Shown here: positions 40,495 through 54,510 of the stretch, piece by piece
Layout of the letters: the number at the start of each line of letters is the position of its first letter
How positions within the stretch are numbered: position 1 is the first letter of the stretch
Source: Escherichia coli
Lineage (GTDB): Bacteria > Pseudomonadota > Gammaproteobacteria > Enterobacterales > Enterobacteriaceae
Assembly: GCF_003334765.1 (NCBI RefSeq)
Contig: NZ_QOWT01000003.1
Reading direction: 5' to 3' (one strand)
DNA length: 64,000 bases
Notes under the pieces: model-generated
Database searches by the model: none
What the model was told of the DNA's origin: nothing
What the model saw: only the letters and a program-made list of their open reading frames with translations
Made by a program: the position numbers and the translations under genes

Positions 40495-40635
40495 ATACCT
40501 GTAGATCATCATAATCCATATCATGGTTATGAAATAATCCATATTAATTATCAATTAATGAACTTTATGAATTTTATCTGCTGTAAAATTAGGTGGTTAA
40601 TAATAATCTCAATAATTCAACTTAATTTGAAAATT

Positions 40636-40700
40636 GGAATATCCATCACATAACGACATGTCGCAGCAATTTAATCCATATTTATGCTGTTTCCGACCTG
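40636..40700 (+). promoter_or_regulatory. araE promoter control region (candidate CRP site and tandem AraC half-sites)
   Basis: tggaatatccatcaca resembles a CRP half-consensus; agcaatttaatccata and tgctgtttccgacctga resemble araI1/araI2-type direct repeats; about 60-130 nt upstream of the araE ATG. Confidence 0.5.
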
Positions 40701-40762
40701 ACACCTGCGTGAGTTGTTCACGTATTTTTTCACTATGTCTTACTCTCTGCTGGCAGGAAAAA

Positions 40763-42181
40763 ATGGTTACTATCAATACGGAATCTGCTTTAACGCCACG
40801 TTCTTTGCGGGATACGCGGCGTATGAATATGTTTGTTTCGGTAGCTGCTGCGGTCGCAGGATTGTTATTTGGTCTTGATATCGGCGTAATCGCCGGAGCG
40901 TTGCCGTTCATTACCGATCACTTTGTGCTGACCAGTCGTTTGCAGGAATGGGTGGTTAGTAGCATGATGCTCGGTGCAGCAATTGGTGCGCTGTTTAATG
41001 GTTGGCTGTCGTTCCGCCTGGGGCGTAAATACAGCCTGATGGCGGGGGCCATCCTGTTTGTACTCGGTTCTATAGGGTCCGCTTTTGCGACCAGCGTAGA
41101 GATGTTAATCGCCGCTCGTGTGGTGCTGGGCATTGCTGTCGGGATCGCGTCTTACACCGCTCCTCTGTATCTTTCTGAAATGGCAAGTGAAAACGTTCGC
41201 GGTAAGATGATCAGTATGTACCAGTTGATGGTCACACTCGGCATCGTGCTGGCGTTTTTATCCGATACAGCGTTCAGTTATAGCGGTAACTGGCGCGCAA
41301 TGTTGGGGGTTCTTGCTTTACCAGCAGTTCTGCTGATTATTCTGGTAGTCTTCCTGCCAAATAGCCCGCGCTGGCTGGCGGAAAAGGGGCGTCATATTGA
41401 GGCGGAAGAAGTATTGCGTATGCTGCGCGATACGTCGGAAAAAGCGCGAGAAGAACTCAACGAAATTCGTGAAAGCCTGAAGTTAAAACAGGGCGGTTGG
41501 GCACTGTTTAAGATCAACCGTAACGTCCGTCGTGCTGTGTTTCTCGGTATGTTGTTGCAGGCGATGCAGCAGTTTACCGGTATGAACATCATCATGTACT
41601 ACGCGCCGCGTATCTTCAAAATGGCGGGCTTTACGACCACAGAACAACAGATGATTGCGACTCTGGTCGTAGGGCTGACCTTTATGTTCGCCACCTTTAT
41701 TGCGGTGTTTACGGTAGATAAAGCAGGGCGTAAACCGGCTCTGAAAATTGGTTTCAGCGTGATGGCGTTAGGCACTCTGGTGCTGGGCTATTGCCTGATG
41801 CAGTTTGATAACGGTACGGCTTCCAGTGGCTTGTCCTGGCTCTCTGTTGGCATGACGATGATGTGTATTGCCGGTTATGCGATGAGCGCCGCGCCAGTGG
41901 TGTGGATCCTGTGCTCTGAAATTCAGCCGCTGAAATGCCGCGATTTCGGTATTACCTGTTCGACCACCACGAACTGGGTGTCGAATATGATTATCGGCGC
42001 GACCTTTCTGACACTGCTTGATAGCATTGGCGCTGCCGGTACGTTCTGGCTCTACACTGCGCTGAACATTGCGTTTGTGGGCATTACTTTCTGGCTCATT
42101 CCGGAAACCAAAAATGTCACGCTGGAACATATCGAACGCAAACTGATGGCAGGCGAGAAGTTGAGAAATATCGGCGTCTGA
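40763..42181 (+). CDS. araE: arabinose:H+ symporter (MFS sugar porter)
   Basis: ORF track starts at 40634; the internal start [10 protein letters not shown] gives the 472-aa AraE length; sugar-porter MFS motifs. Confidence 0.93.
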
Positions 42182-42187
42182 TTTCAC

Positions 42188-42220
42188 GGGCCGGATGTGC
42201 TGTACATCCGGCCCTTTTTT
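42188..42220 (+). terminator. rho-independent terminator after araE
   Basis: Hairpin gggccggatgtgctgtacatccggccc followed by tttttt. Confidence 0.8.
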
Positions 42221-42309
42221 CGTTAATAGAGATTGGGCACTTGGCCGTTGAGGCGTTTGTCTCGTTCCTTATTCAGCCTTGTTGCGGTAACACACATCAG
42301 GAGAGAGGA

Positions 42310-43002
42310 ATGAAAACAATTGGTTTGCTGGGAGGAATGAGCTGGGAATCCACCATTCCTTACTATCGTTTGATAAATGAAGGCATTAAACAGCGGCTTG
42401 GTGGGCTTCACTCTGCGCAAGTGCTGCTACATAGCGTCGATTTTCATGAAATAGAAGAGTGCCAGCGTCGCGGGGAATGGGATAAAACCGGGGACATTCT
42501 GGCTGAGGCGGCGCTTGGCTTACAGCGGACGGGCGCAGAAGGTATTGTGTTATGTACCAATACGATGCATAAAGTGGCGGATGCCATTGAGTCACGTTGC
42601 ACTCTGCCTTTCTTACACATTGCGGATGCCACCGGACGTGCAATTACCGGGGCCGGAATGACTCGTGTGGCGCTGCTGGGTACGCGTTACACCATGGAAC
42701 AGGATTTTTATCGCGGGCGGCTGACGGAACAATTTTCCATCAATTGTCTTATTCCTGAAGCGGATGAACGGGCGAAAATTAATCAGATTATTTTTGAAGA
42801 ACTGTGTCTGGGGCAATTTACCGAAGCGTCACGCGCTTATTATGCGCAAGTGATTGCTCGCCTTGCAGAACAGGGCGCACAGGGCGTCATTTTTGGCTGC
42901 ACAGAAATTGGTTTACTGGTGCCAGAAGAGCGCAGTGTTTTGCCTGTGTTTGATACCGCGGCGATCCATGCCGAGGATGCTGTCGCTTTTATGCTGTCGT
43001 AG
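42310..43002 (+). CDS. ygeA: Asp/Glu-type amino acid racemase YgeA
   Basis: ORF track 42241..43002; the internal start [15 protein letters not shown] gives the 230-aa form; racemase family pattern. Confidence 0.88.
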
Positions 43003-43924
43003 CTGACGACAAAATAGCGTCAAGAGAAGTGACCAGTTTCGGTAACCCCGCTTGTAAATGCCCACTAAACGCCTGAACCAGCGCTGATGACGGGCGGTGC
43101 AGGGGGCGGATCAGGCTGACGGTGAACGGAACCGCAATACTGAACCGCCGCACCACTAAACCGCTTGCCGCATAATCTAGTGCGGTGAGCGGGTTAACCA
43201 CCGAAACACCTACCCCCGCCCGTACCATTGCGCAGACTGACGCGGCGTTGTGGGTTTCTACGATCATGCGTCGTTTAACCTGATGTTCAGTAAATAGCTG
43301 ATCCAGCAACTGGCGATAGCTGTCAGTACGGGAAAGGCTGATGTAGTTCTCACCCTGAAAATCATCCGGCGTTAATACCTTTTTTACCGCCAGCGGATGA
43401 CCCGGAGGTAACACACACACTTCATCTAAAGAGAGTAATTCGGTACGTTCTGTTCCCGCAGGCGTATGGAGCGTTTCAGTGAGTCCTAAATCATGACGCT
43501 GGGCCGAGAGCCACTCTTCAAGTAGCGGTGATTCCTGGGGCACGATATTTAAGCTGACATCGGGATAACGTGCCAGAAAGGGTTGCAGGAGCTGCGGTAA
43601 AAAAGATTGCGAAAAGACCGGCAGGCAGGCAATAGACAGTTCTCCCTGGCGAAACTCGCGCAGACTTTCTGCGGCGCTGACAATGCGATCCAGTCCGTAC
43701 CAGGATCGTTGCACTTCTTCAAACAGACGCAGTCCTTGCACGGTAGGATGTAATCGCCCACGTACGCGCTCAAACAATTTCAGCCCGATCACCTTCTCAA
43801 AGCGCGCAAGTTCGCGGCTGACGGTTGGCTGTGAGGTGTGTAGCAGGTGTGCCGCCTCAGTCAGGCTTCCGGCGGTCATTACCGCATGAAAAATTTCAAT
43901 ATGACGTAAGTTAACGGCGGCCAT
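42989..43924 (-). CDS. lysR: LysR transcriptional activator of lysA
   Basis: 311 aa; N-terminal LysR-type HTH; divergent from lysA. Confidence 0.95.
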
Positions 43925-44045
43925 TAGCGCTCTCTCGCAATCCGGTAATCCATATCATTTTTGCATAGACTCGACATAAATCGATATTTTTTATTCTTTT
44001 TATGATGTGGCGTAATCATAAAAAAGCACTTATCTGGAGTTTGTT

Positions 44046-45308
44046 ATGCCACATTCACTGTTCAGCACCGATACCGATCTCACCGCCGAAAATCTGCTGC
44101 GTTTGCCCGCTGAATTTGGCTGCCCGGTGTGGGTCTACGATGCGCAAATTATTCGTCGGCAGATTGCAGCGCTGAAACAGTTTGATGTGGTGCGCTTTGC
44201 ACAGAAAGCCTGTTCCAATATTCATATTTTGCGCTTAATGCGTGAGCAGGGCGTGAAAGTGGATTCCGTCTCGTTAGGCGAAATAGAGCGTGCGTTGGCG
44301 GCGGGTTACAATCCGCAAACGCACCCCGATGATATTGTTTTTACGGCAGATGTTATCGATCAGGCGACGCTTGAACGCGTCAGTGAATTGCAAATTCCGG
44401 TGAATGCGGGTTCTGTTGATATGCTCGACCAACTGGGCCAGGTTTCGCCAGGGCATCGGGTATGGCTGCGCGTTAATCCGGGGTTTGGTCACGGACATAG
44501 CCAAAAAACCAATACCGGTGGCGAAAACAGCAAGCACGGTATCTGGTACACCGATCTGCCCGCCGCACTGGACGTGATACAACGTCATCATCTGCAGCTG
44601 GTCGGCATTCACATGCACATTGGTTCTGGCGTTGATTATGCCCATCTGGAACAGGTGTGTGGTGCTATGGTGCGTCAGGTCATCGAATTCGGTCAGGATT
44701 TACAGGCTATTTCTGCGGGCGGTGGGCTTTCTGTTCCTTATCAACAGGGTGAAGAGGCGGTTGATACCGAACATTATTATGGTCTGTGGAATGCCGCGCG
44801 TGAGCAAATCGCCCGCCATTTGGGCCACCCTGTGAAACTGGAAATTGAACCGGGTCGCTTCCTGGTAGCGCAGTCTGGCGTATTAATTACTCAGGTGCGG
44901 AGCGTCAAACAAATGGGGAGCCACCACTTTGTGCTGGTTGATGCCGGGTTCAACGATCTGATGCGCCCGGCAATGTACGGTAGTTACCACCATATCAGTG
45001 CCCTGGCAGCTGATGGTCGTTCTCTGGAACACGCGCCAACGGTGGAAACCGTCGTCGCCGGACCGTTATGTGAATCGGGCGATGTCTTTACCCAGCAGGA
45101 AGGGGGAAATGTTGAAACCCGCGCCTTGCCGGAAGTGAAGGCAGGTGATTATCTGGTACTGCATGATACAGGGGCATATGGCGCATCAATGTCATCCAAC
45201 TACAATAGCCGTCCGCTGTTACCAGAAGTTCTGTTTGATAATGGTCAGGCGCGGTTGATTCGCCGTCGCCAGACCATCGAAGAATTACTGGCGCTGGAAT
45301 TGCTTTAA
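44046..45308 (+). CDS. lysA: diaminopimelate decarboxylase
   Basis: 420-aa ORF matching LysA; PLP-dependent fold-III decarboxylase pattern. Confidence 0.95.
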   Translation: MPHSLFSTDTDLTAENLLRLPAEFGCPVWVYDAQIIRRQIAALKQFDVVRFAQKACSNIHILRLMREQGVKVDSVSLGEIERALAAGYNPQTHPDDIVFTADVIDQATLERVSELQIPVNAGSVDMLDQLGQVSPGHRVWLRVNPGFGHGHSQKTNTGGENSKHGIWYTDLPAALDVIQRHHLQLVGIHMHIGSGVDYAHLEQVCGAMVRQVIEFGQDLQAISAGGGLSVPYQQGEEAVDTEHYYGLWNAAREQIARHLGHPVKLEIEPGRFLVAQSGVLITQVRSVKQMGSHHFVLVDAGFNDLMRPAMYGSYHHISALAADGRSLEHAPTVETVVAGPLCESGDVFTQQEGGNVETRALPEVKAGDYLVLHDTGAYGASMSSNYNSRPLLPEVLFDNGQARLIRRRQTIEELLALELL

Positions 45309-45314
45309 CTGCGG

Positions 45315-46346
45315 TTAGTCGCTGGTTGCATGATGACTTGCCTCCAGCGACGGAGTTGACACTGAATGACGACGTACCAGCGTCGGACTAAAGACATTAG
45401 TGATTTCCGGGAGAGGGCGATTATCCGCCAGCGCCAAAGCCAGTTCGGCAGCCTGGGTCGCCATCGTCACGATTGGGTAACGCACGGTGGTCAGGCGCGG
45501 ACGCACATAGCGTGACACCAGCACATCATCAAAGCCAATTAACGAAATCTCACCCGGTACATCAATACCATTATCATTGAGAACGCCCATCGCACCCGCC
45601 GCCATTGAATCGTTATAACAGGCTACCGCAGTGAAATTTCTTCCTCGTCCCAAAAGCTCGGTCATTGCCTGTTCGCCGCCGCTTTCGTCTGGTTCGCCAA
45701 ATGTCACCAGCCGGTCATTGGCCGCAATACCACTTTCAGCAAGGGCATCGTAATACCCTTGCAGACGATCTTCGGCGTCAGAAATAGAGTGGTTAGAGCA
45801 CAGATAACCAATGCGGGTATGACCTTGCTGAATTAAATGACGCGTTGCCAGCCAGGCACCGTAACGATCGTCCAGAGCAATACAACGGTTTTCAAAGCCA
45901 GGCAGGATACGGTTGATCAGCACCATACCGGGCATTTGTTTCATTAATGAGGCTAAATCAGCATCCGGGATCATTTTGGCATGGACGACCAACGCAGCAC
46001 AGCGATGGCGGATCAGTTGCTCAATGGCCTGACGCTCTTTTTGTTCGTTGTGGTAACCGTTGCCAATCAATAAAAAATTACCGGTGTGATAAGCCACCTG
46101 TTCGACCGCTTTCACCATTGCACCGAAAAACGGATCGGAAACATCACCAACGACCAGACCGACCGTTTCAGTGGTCTGCTGCGCCAGCGCACGGGCGTTG
46201 GCGTTCGGGTGATAGCTAAGAGACTCCATTGCACTATGCACAGCCAGCCGGGAAGCTTCGCTGGCTTTGGGTGAATTATTAATGACGCGGGAAACGGTGG
46301 CGACTGAAACGCCTGCCAGTCGGGCTACATCCTTTATGGTCGCCAT
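45315..46346 (-). CDS. galR: galactose operon repressor (LacI family)
   Basis: 343 aa; N-terminal LacI-type HTH (MATIKDVARLAGVSVATVSRVIN). Confidence 0.95.
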   Translation of the reverse strand: MATIKDVARLAGVSVATVSRVINNSPKASEASRLAVHSAMESLSYHPNANARALAQQTTETVGLVVGDVSDPFFGAMVKAVEQVAYHTGNFLLIGNGYHNEQKERQAIEQLIRHRCAALVVHAKMIPDADLASLMKQMPGMVLINRILPGFENRCIALDDRYGAWLATRHLIQQGHTRIGYLCSNHSISDAEDRLQGYYDALAESGIAANDRLVTFGEPDESGGEQAMTELLGRGRNFTAVACYNDSMAAGAMGVLNDNGIDVPGEISLIGFDDVLVSRYVRPRLTTVRYPIVTMATQAAELALALADNRPLPEITNVFSPTLVRRHSVSTPSLEASHHATSD

Positions 46347-46559
46347 GAAAATACCTTAGTGGGTAAACGCTTACATTCTTTCAGTGTTACGGAAAACGCC
46401 CGTTGGTTCAAGGGGTGGCGTGTTTTCATCGTGGGAATGTGAGCCAAACGCAAATAAGTAAGACAAAAAAAGAGATTGCAAACCTTTGGTTACACTTTGC
46501 GAAACGCTGTTGCGATTGACCGCTGGTGGCGTTTGGCTTCAGGTTGCTAAAGTGGTGAT

Positions 46560-46641
46560 CCCAGAGGTATTGATAGGTGAAGTCAACTTCGGGTTGAGCA
46601 CATGAATTACACCAGCCTGCGCAGATGCGCAGGTTTTTTTT
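46560..46641 (+). ncRNA. omrB: small regulatory RNA OmrB (RygB)
   Basis: 82-nt unit from CCCAGAGGTATTGAT to the terminator hairpin cctgcgcagatgcgcagg plus T8; shares 5' and 3' ends with the adjacent copy; galR-aas intergenic location. Confidence 0.88.
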
Positions 46642-46755
46642 GCCGGTCATCAATCTGTAACAGTAACCGACAATTTACACACCTCGTTGCATTTCCCTTC
46701 ATTCCTTTGCGTTTTCTCGCTGGCGAAGAGTCGTCGTGCAGACCACAATCAAGAT

Positions 46756-46843
46756 CCCAGAGGTATTGATTGGTGAGATTATTCGGTACGCTCTTCGTAC
46801 CCTGTCTCTTGCACCAACCTGCGCGGATGCGCAGGTTTTTTTT
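46756..46843 (+). ncRNA. omrA: small regulatory RNA OmrA (RygA)
   Basis: 88-nt unit with the same conserved 5' end and terminator hairpin cctgcgcggatgcgcagg plus T8; tandem with omrB. Confidence 0.88.
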
Positions 46844-46909
46844 CGCACCTAATTTACTGTCGCTCGCGTTCTTTATCTCGTGTAATCTCCCTCCATTCGC
46901 TTTTACTGA

Positions 46910-50276
<3,367 letters not shown>

Positions 50277-50281
50277 TATTT

Positions 50282-50303
50282 AACGCCGGTTTTAACCGGC
50301 GTT
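50282..50303. terminator. perfect palindrome between convergent lplT and tas (possible bidirectional terminator)
   Basis: aacgccggtt tt aaccggcgtt is a perfect 10-bp inverted repeat; flanking T/A runs are weak. Confidence 0.45.
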
Positions 50304-50307
50304 AATC

Positions 50308-51348
50308 TTATGGTGCCGGATAAGTATAAACCTGATGCACCGCTTCAATTTCAGCTAATACGTCTTCGCTTAACTCCAGATGCAAACTTTCGATGTTAGT
50401 TTTCAGCTGATCCATCGTGGTTGCGCCCAGCAGAGTGCTGGCAACAAACGGTTGACGGCGTACAAACGCGAGCGCCATCTGAGCAGGGTCCAGGCCATGA
50501 CGTCTGGCGATATCAACATACGCCGCGACGGCTTTTTGCGTTTGCTCACCGCTATAGCGGGTGAACCGACTAAAGAGCGTATTACGTGCGCCAGCGGGTT
50601 TTGCACCATTGAGATATTTCCCGGTCAGCGTGCCGAAACCCAGGCACGAATAGGCCAGCAGTTCGACCCCTTCATACTGGCTGACTTCTGCCAGACCTAC
50701 TTCAAAACTGCGGTTTAACAGACTGTAAGGGTTCTGAATGGTGACAATACGCGGCAGATCGTGTTTGTCCGCCAGATGCAGGTAGCGCATTACGCCAAAT
50801 GCAGTTTCGTTCGACACGCCGATATAACGAATTTTTCCCGCGCGTTGGTACTCTGCCAGTGCGTCCAGCGTATCCAGCAGCGAAACCGCAGGCGCAGAAT
50901 CCGTCCAGCTATAACCGAGTTTGCCGAAGCAGTTGGTCGGGCGCTGCGGCCAGTGCACCTGATAAAGATCGAGGTAATCAGTCTGTAGGCGCTTGAGGCT
51001 GTCATGCAGCGCTTCGCGGATATTCTTCCGATCCAGCGCCTGATCCGGGCGGATGCCCTTGTCATTATTGCGCGACGGTCCGCTCACTTTGGAGGCGATA
51101 ATTAACTTTTCGCGGCTGCCATGTTTCGCCAGCCAGTTGCCGACGTAGGTTTCGGTTAACCCTTGCGTTTCGGGGCGCGGAGGTACTGGGTACATTTCGG
51201 CAACGTCGATAAGGTTAATGCCCTGAGCGACGGCATAGTCGAGTTGTGCGTGGGCGTCGGCTTCGCTGTTCTGTTCACCAAACGTCATCGTGCCAAGCCC
51301 CAGCGTGCTGACTTCCAGCGAACTGTGGGGTATACGGTGATATTGCAT
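50308..51348 (-). CDS. tas: NADP(H)-dependent aldo-keto reductase Tas
   Basis: 346-aa ORF with aldo-keto reductase family pattern. Confidence 0.93.
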   Translation of the reverse strand: MQYHRIPHSSLEVSTLGLGTMTFGEQNSEADAHAQLDYAVAQGINLIDVAEMYPVPPRPETQGLTETYVGNWLAKHGSREKLIIASKVSGPSRNNDKGIRPDQALDRKNIREALHDSLKRLQTDYLDLYQVHWPQRPTNCFGKLGYSWTDSAPAVSLLDTLDALAEYQRAGKIRYIGVSNETAFGVMRYLHLADKHDLPRIVTIQNPYSLLNRSFEVGLAEVSQYEGVELLAYSCLGFGTLTGKYLNGAKPAGARNTLFSRFTRYSGEQTQKAVAAYVDIARRHGLDPAQMALAFVRRQPFVASTLLGATTMDQLKTNIESLHLELSEDVLAEIEAVHQVYTYPAP

Positions 51349-51455
51349 AGCCGTTTCCTTTTTATAATCACGACATAAGGAATATAAAAATGGCAGAGGG
51401 AAGGGAAAAGGGAAAGAGAAAAATCTTAAGGCCAGCCGGATGCTGACCTTATTTG

Positions 51456-51674
51456 TTAACGTTCAATAATTTGCGAAACATCATCACGGTTAATTTGCAT
51501 CGCGTTACCTTGCTGATCGTGATAACTCACCAGCCCGGTATCATCATCAATTTCAGGTTTTCCATCGGTCAAAATCATACGGCCATCTTTGGTCGCCATG
51601 ACGTAATCACTGGAACACCCGGAAACAGCAAACGCCAGTCCGACTGCAGAAATTATTACTGCCCATTTTTTCAT
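51456..51674 (-). CDS. ygdR: small lipoprotein YgdR
   Basis: 72 aa with signal peptide and lipobox (AVSGC). Confidence 0.85.
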
Positions 51675-51811
51675 CCGGTTATCCTCATTTGGCCTACCTA
51701 TGATAATAGTCTGTTTATAAACCGACGTTATATATCTTGAAAGCAGGAAAATCTTAAACTGTGAGGGTAAAAGGAGTGAGTACGCCCTCCCGCAGGAGAG
51801 CGTACGGAGTA

Positions 51812-52525
51812 TCAGAGCGGATTCTTTTTGTTGCGAATCAAGTTGAGGCTTTCAACCGCAATAGAGAAGAACATCGCGAAGTAGATGTAACCTTTCGGTA
51901 CGTGGATGTCGAAACTTTCCAGAATCAGGGTAAAGCCCACCAGAATCAGGAAAGAGAGCGCCAGCATTTTTACCGAAGGATGGCGTTCGACAAAATCACC
52001 AATCGAGCGCGCGGCGAACATCATCACGCCTACGGCAATCACCACGGCTGCCATCATAATAAACAGGTGATCTGACAGACCCACAGCCGTAATCACCGAG
52101 TCGAGGCTAAAGATAATATCCAGCAGCATAATCTGCACGATAGCGCCGAGGAATGATGAAACGCGTGTTTTCAGCCCTTCTTCTTCACCTTCAATGGATT
52201 CGTGGATTTCCTTGCTGGCTTTCCAGATAAGGAACAAGCCACCCAGAAGCAGAATCAAATCACGGGCAGAAATTTCCTGACTGAATATTGTAAAAAGCGG
52301 ATTTGTCAGGCGCGTAACCCAGGCGATTGATGCCAGCAGCGCCAGACGCATAACCATGGCTCCCGCCAACCCCAGACGGCGCGCATGAGCACGTTGTGCT
52401 GTGGGAAGCTTTGCCACCACCAGAGAAAGGAAAATAATATTGTCGATCCCAAGAACGATCTCCAGCAGCGTCAGCGTACCGAGCGCAAGCCAGGCGTTAG
52501 GATCGGTTATCCATGCAAATAACAT
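51812..52525 (-). CDS. ygdQ: TerC-family inner membrane protein YgdQ
   Basis: 237-aa polytopic membrane protein. Confidence 0.88.
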
Positions 52526-52593
52526 CTAAAAAGCCCTGCCAAAAAAATGAAGCGGTAATTATATGCCCGGAAAGCGGCAGGTCAAAGCGATGG

Positions 52594-53283
52594 CTACTGG
52601 ATCAGAAAATGACGGGCCAGTAGTGCACTGGTGAAATTCTTCTTCAAATAAAAGCCGCGTGGCAGCGTCAGAATCCGTTCGCCCCGGGCACCAATGGCTT
52701 CGGTAAGCGCTTTCGCATTCGCTGCTTTCGGTCGTATCTGTAAATACTCCCCGTGACGAGCGGTAATCCGCTCAACCTGACCGAGAACAATCATATCCAT
52801 TAATTCTTCCCAGTCTTCGCGTAGCTGCCGGTCTTCCTCTTCATTCGGGCTCCACAGCAACGGTGATCCAACGCGACGCTGCGCCAGCGGGATGCTGCGC
52901 TCGCCTTCAACCGGTATCCACAGTACGCGTTTGAGTTTGTGGCGCACGTGGCTGGTTTCCCAGGTCACCCCGCTATTGCCCGTTAACGGGGCAACACAAA
53001 CGAATGTTGTTTCCAGCGGACGACCAAGACTATCCACAGGGATAGTTTTAAGTTCCACGCCCAGAGCAGCAAAATCTTGCTCAGGTTTACTCCCTGCGCT
53101 GGCACCTAGCCAGATCTCCAGTAACACGCCAATCCAGCCTTTATCGCGTTTTAAATTCTCTGGCGTAACCAGCCCGACAAGTGCCGCCAGTTCTCCCAAT
53201 GTATAACCAGAAAGTTGCTGTGCTTGCGCTAACAACTGTTCTTCAGTTTCGGGAGGAGAGAGCAGTGGGCGAGGTTGGGACAT
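52594..53283 (-). CDS. mutH: DNA mismatch repair endonuclease MutH
   Basis: 229-aa ORF matching MutH N-terminus ([18 protein letters not shown]). Confidence 0.95.
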   Translation of the reverse strand: MSQPRPLLSPPETEEQLLAQAQQLSGYTLGELAALVGLVTPENLKRDKGWIGVLLEIWLGASAGSKPEQDFAALGVELKTIPVDSLGRPLETTFVCVAPLTGNSGVTWETSHVRHKLKRVLWIPVEGERSIPLAQRRVGSPLLWSPNEEEDRQLREDWEELMDMIVLGQVERITARHGEYLQIRPKAANAKALTEAIGARGERILTLPRGFYLKKNFTSALLARHFLIQ

Positions 53284-53967
53284 GTCATGATACCTTGATT
53301 AAAAAACAAACAGTAATTATGTGCCGAATATTCGCAGTGTAACTTTTTCCACATGCGTTGTTCAATTCTCTGATTTATATTGCTTTTTAGGTTGCCGGTA
53401 ATCGAGTTGCGCAACACTGCAACGGGTTTTCCAAATCTGGTCACTGAAAATAAACAGGATCTTACACCATGTTATCCACAGAAAGCTGGGATAACTGTGA
53501 AAAACCTCCACTACTGTTTCCATTTACAGCCTTGACGTGCGACGAAACTCCAGTTTTTAGTGGTTCAGTGCTTAACTTAGTGGCACATTCTGTGGATAAA
53601 TACGGCATTGGTTGATCTTTCGCCAACCCGTAAATGAGAGGTGTGACCTGGGTCACGAATTACTCTTTTTCATTACTAAAATTACATGTAATGCATTGAC
53701 TGATAATGAATATTTTAAAATGTCTATATCGGGCTTATTCAGAATGCTCCGGGTTTTCCCGTAGTAATTCCGTAGTTCTTCACAACTCTATCCACAGAAA
53801 AGGTGAATAAAAACGGCTATCCACCCCTTCCTCTGTTTATAACTCTGCACATAACTGTGAGTTATTCAATTGTTATTAGTGTGTAATGCCCTGCAGAGAG
53901 TGGTTTACCGTCTTCCTGGAGTATGAAACAATCATTCGTATATAAAGCTTTATTTTGAGGTAGTCCG

Positions 53968-54498
53968 GTGATTGATGACGATGGCTACCGCCCAAACGTA
54001 GGTATCGTGATTTGTAATCGCCAGGGGCAGGTAATGTGGGCCCGGCGATTTGGTCAGCACTCCTGGCAATTTCCGCAAGGCGGAATCAACCCCGGAGAAT
54101 CCGCAGAGCAGGCGATGTACCGTGAATTGTTTGAAGAAGTAGGATTAAGCCGCAAAGACGTTCGAATCCTTGCTTCAACGCGTAACTGGTTGCGCTACAA
54201 ATTACCGAAACGTTTGGTGCGTTGGGACACGAAGCCGGTTTGTATCGGCCAAAAACAAAAATGGTTTCTCTTGCAGCTGGTGAGCGGCGATGCAGAAATC
54301 AATATGCAAACCAGCAGTACACCAGAGTTTGACGGCTGGCGATGGGTAAGTTACTGGTATCCGGTCAGACAGGTGGTGTCATTTAAACGTGATGTCTACC
54401 GTAGGGTAATGAAAGAGTTCGCGAGTGTGGTGATGTCACTGCAGGAAAATACGCCAAAACCACAAAACGCATCTGCTTATCGACGTAAAAGAGGTTAA
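53968..54498 (+). CDS. rppH: RNA pyrophosphohydrolase (Nudix)
   Basis: 176 aa; Nudix box ([22 protein letters not shown]). Confidence 0.95.
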
Positions 54499-54510
54499 GT
54501 CACGCCAATT

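Noticed and set aside
40634-40762. 43-codon upstream extension of araE
   Set aside because: It overlaps the predicted CRP/AraC regulatory sites and lacks membrane-protein character; the MVTINTES start gives the expected 472-aa symporter.
53462-53656. 64-aa ORF in the long mutH-rppH intergenic region
   Set aside because: No ribosome-binding site or conserved features noted; the region more likely holds the rppH promoter. A short K-12-like small ORF here cannot be excluded.
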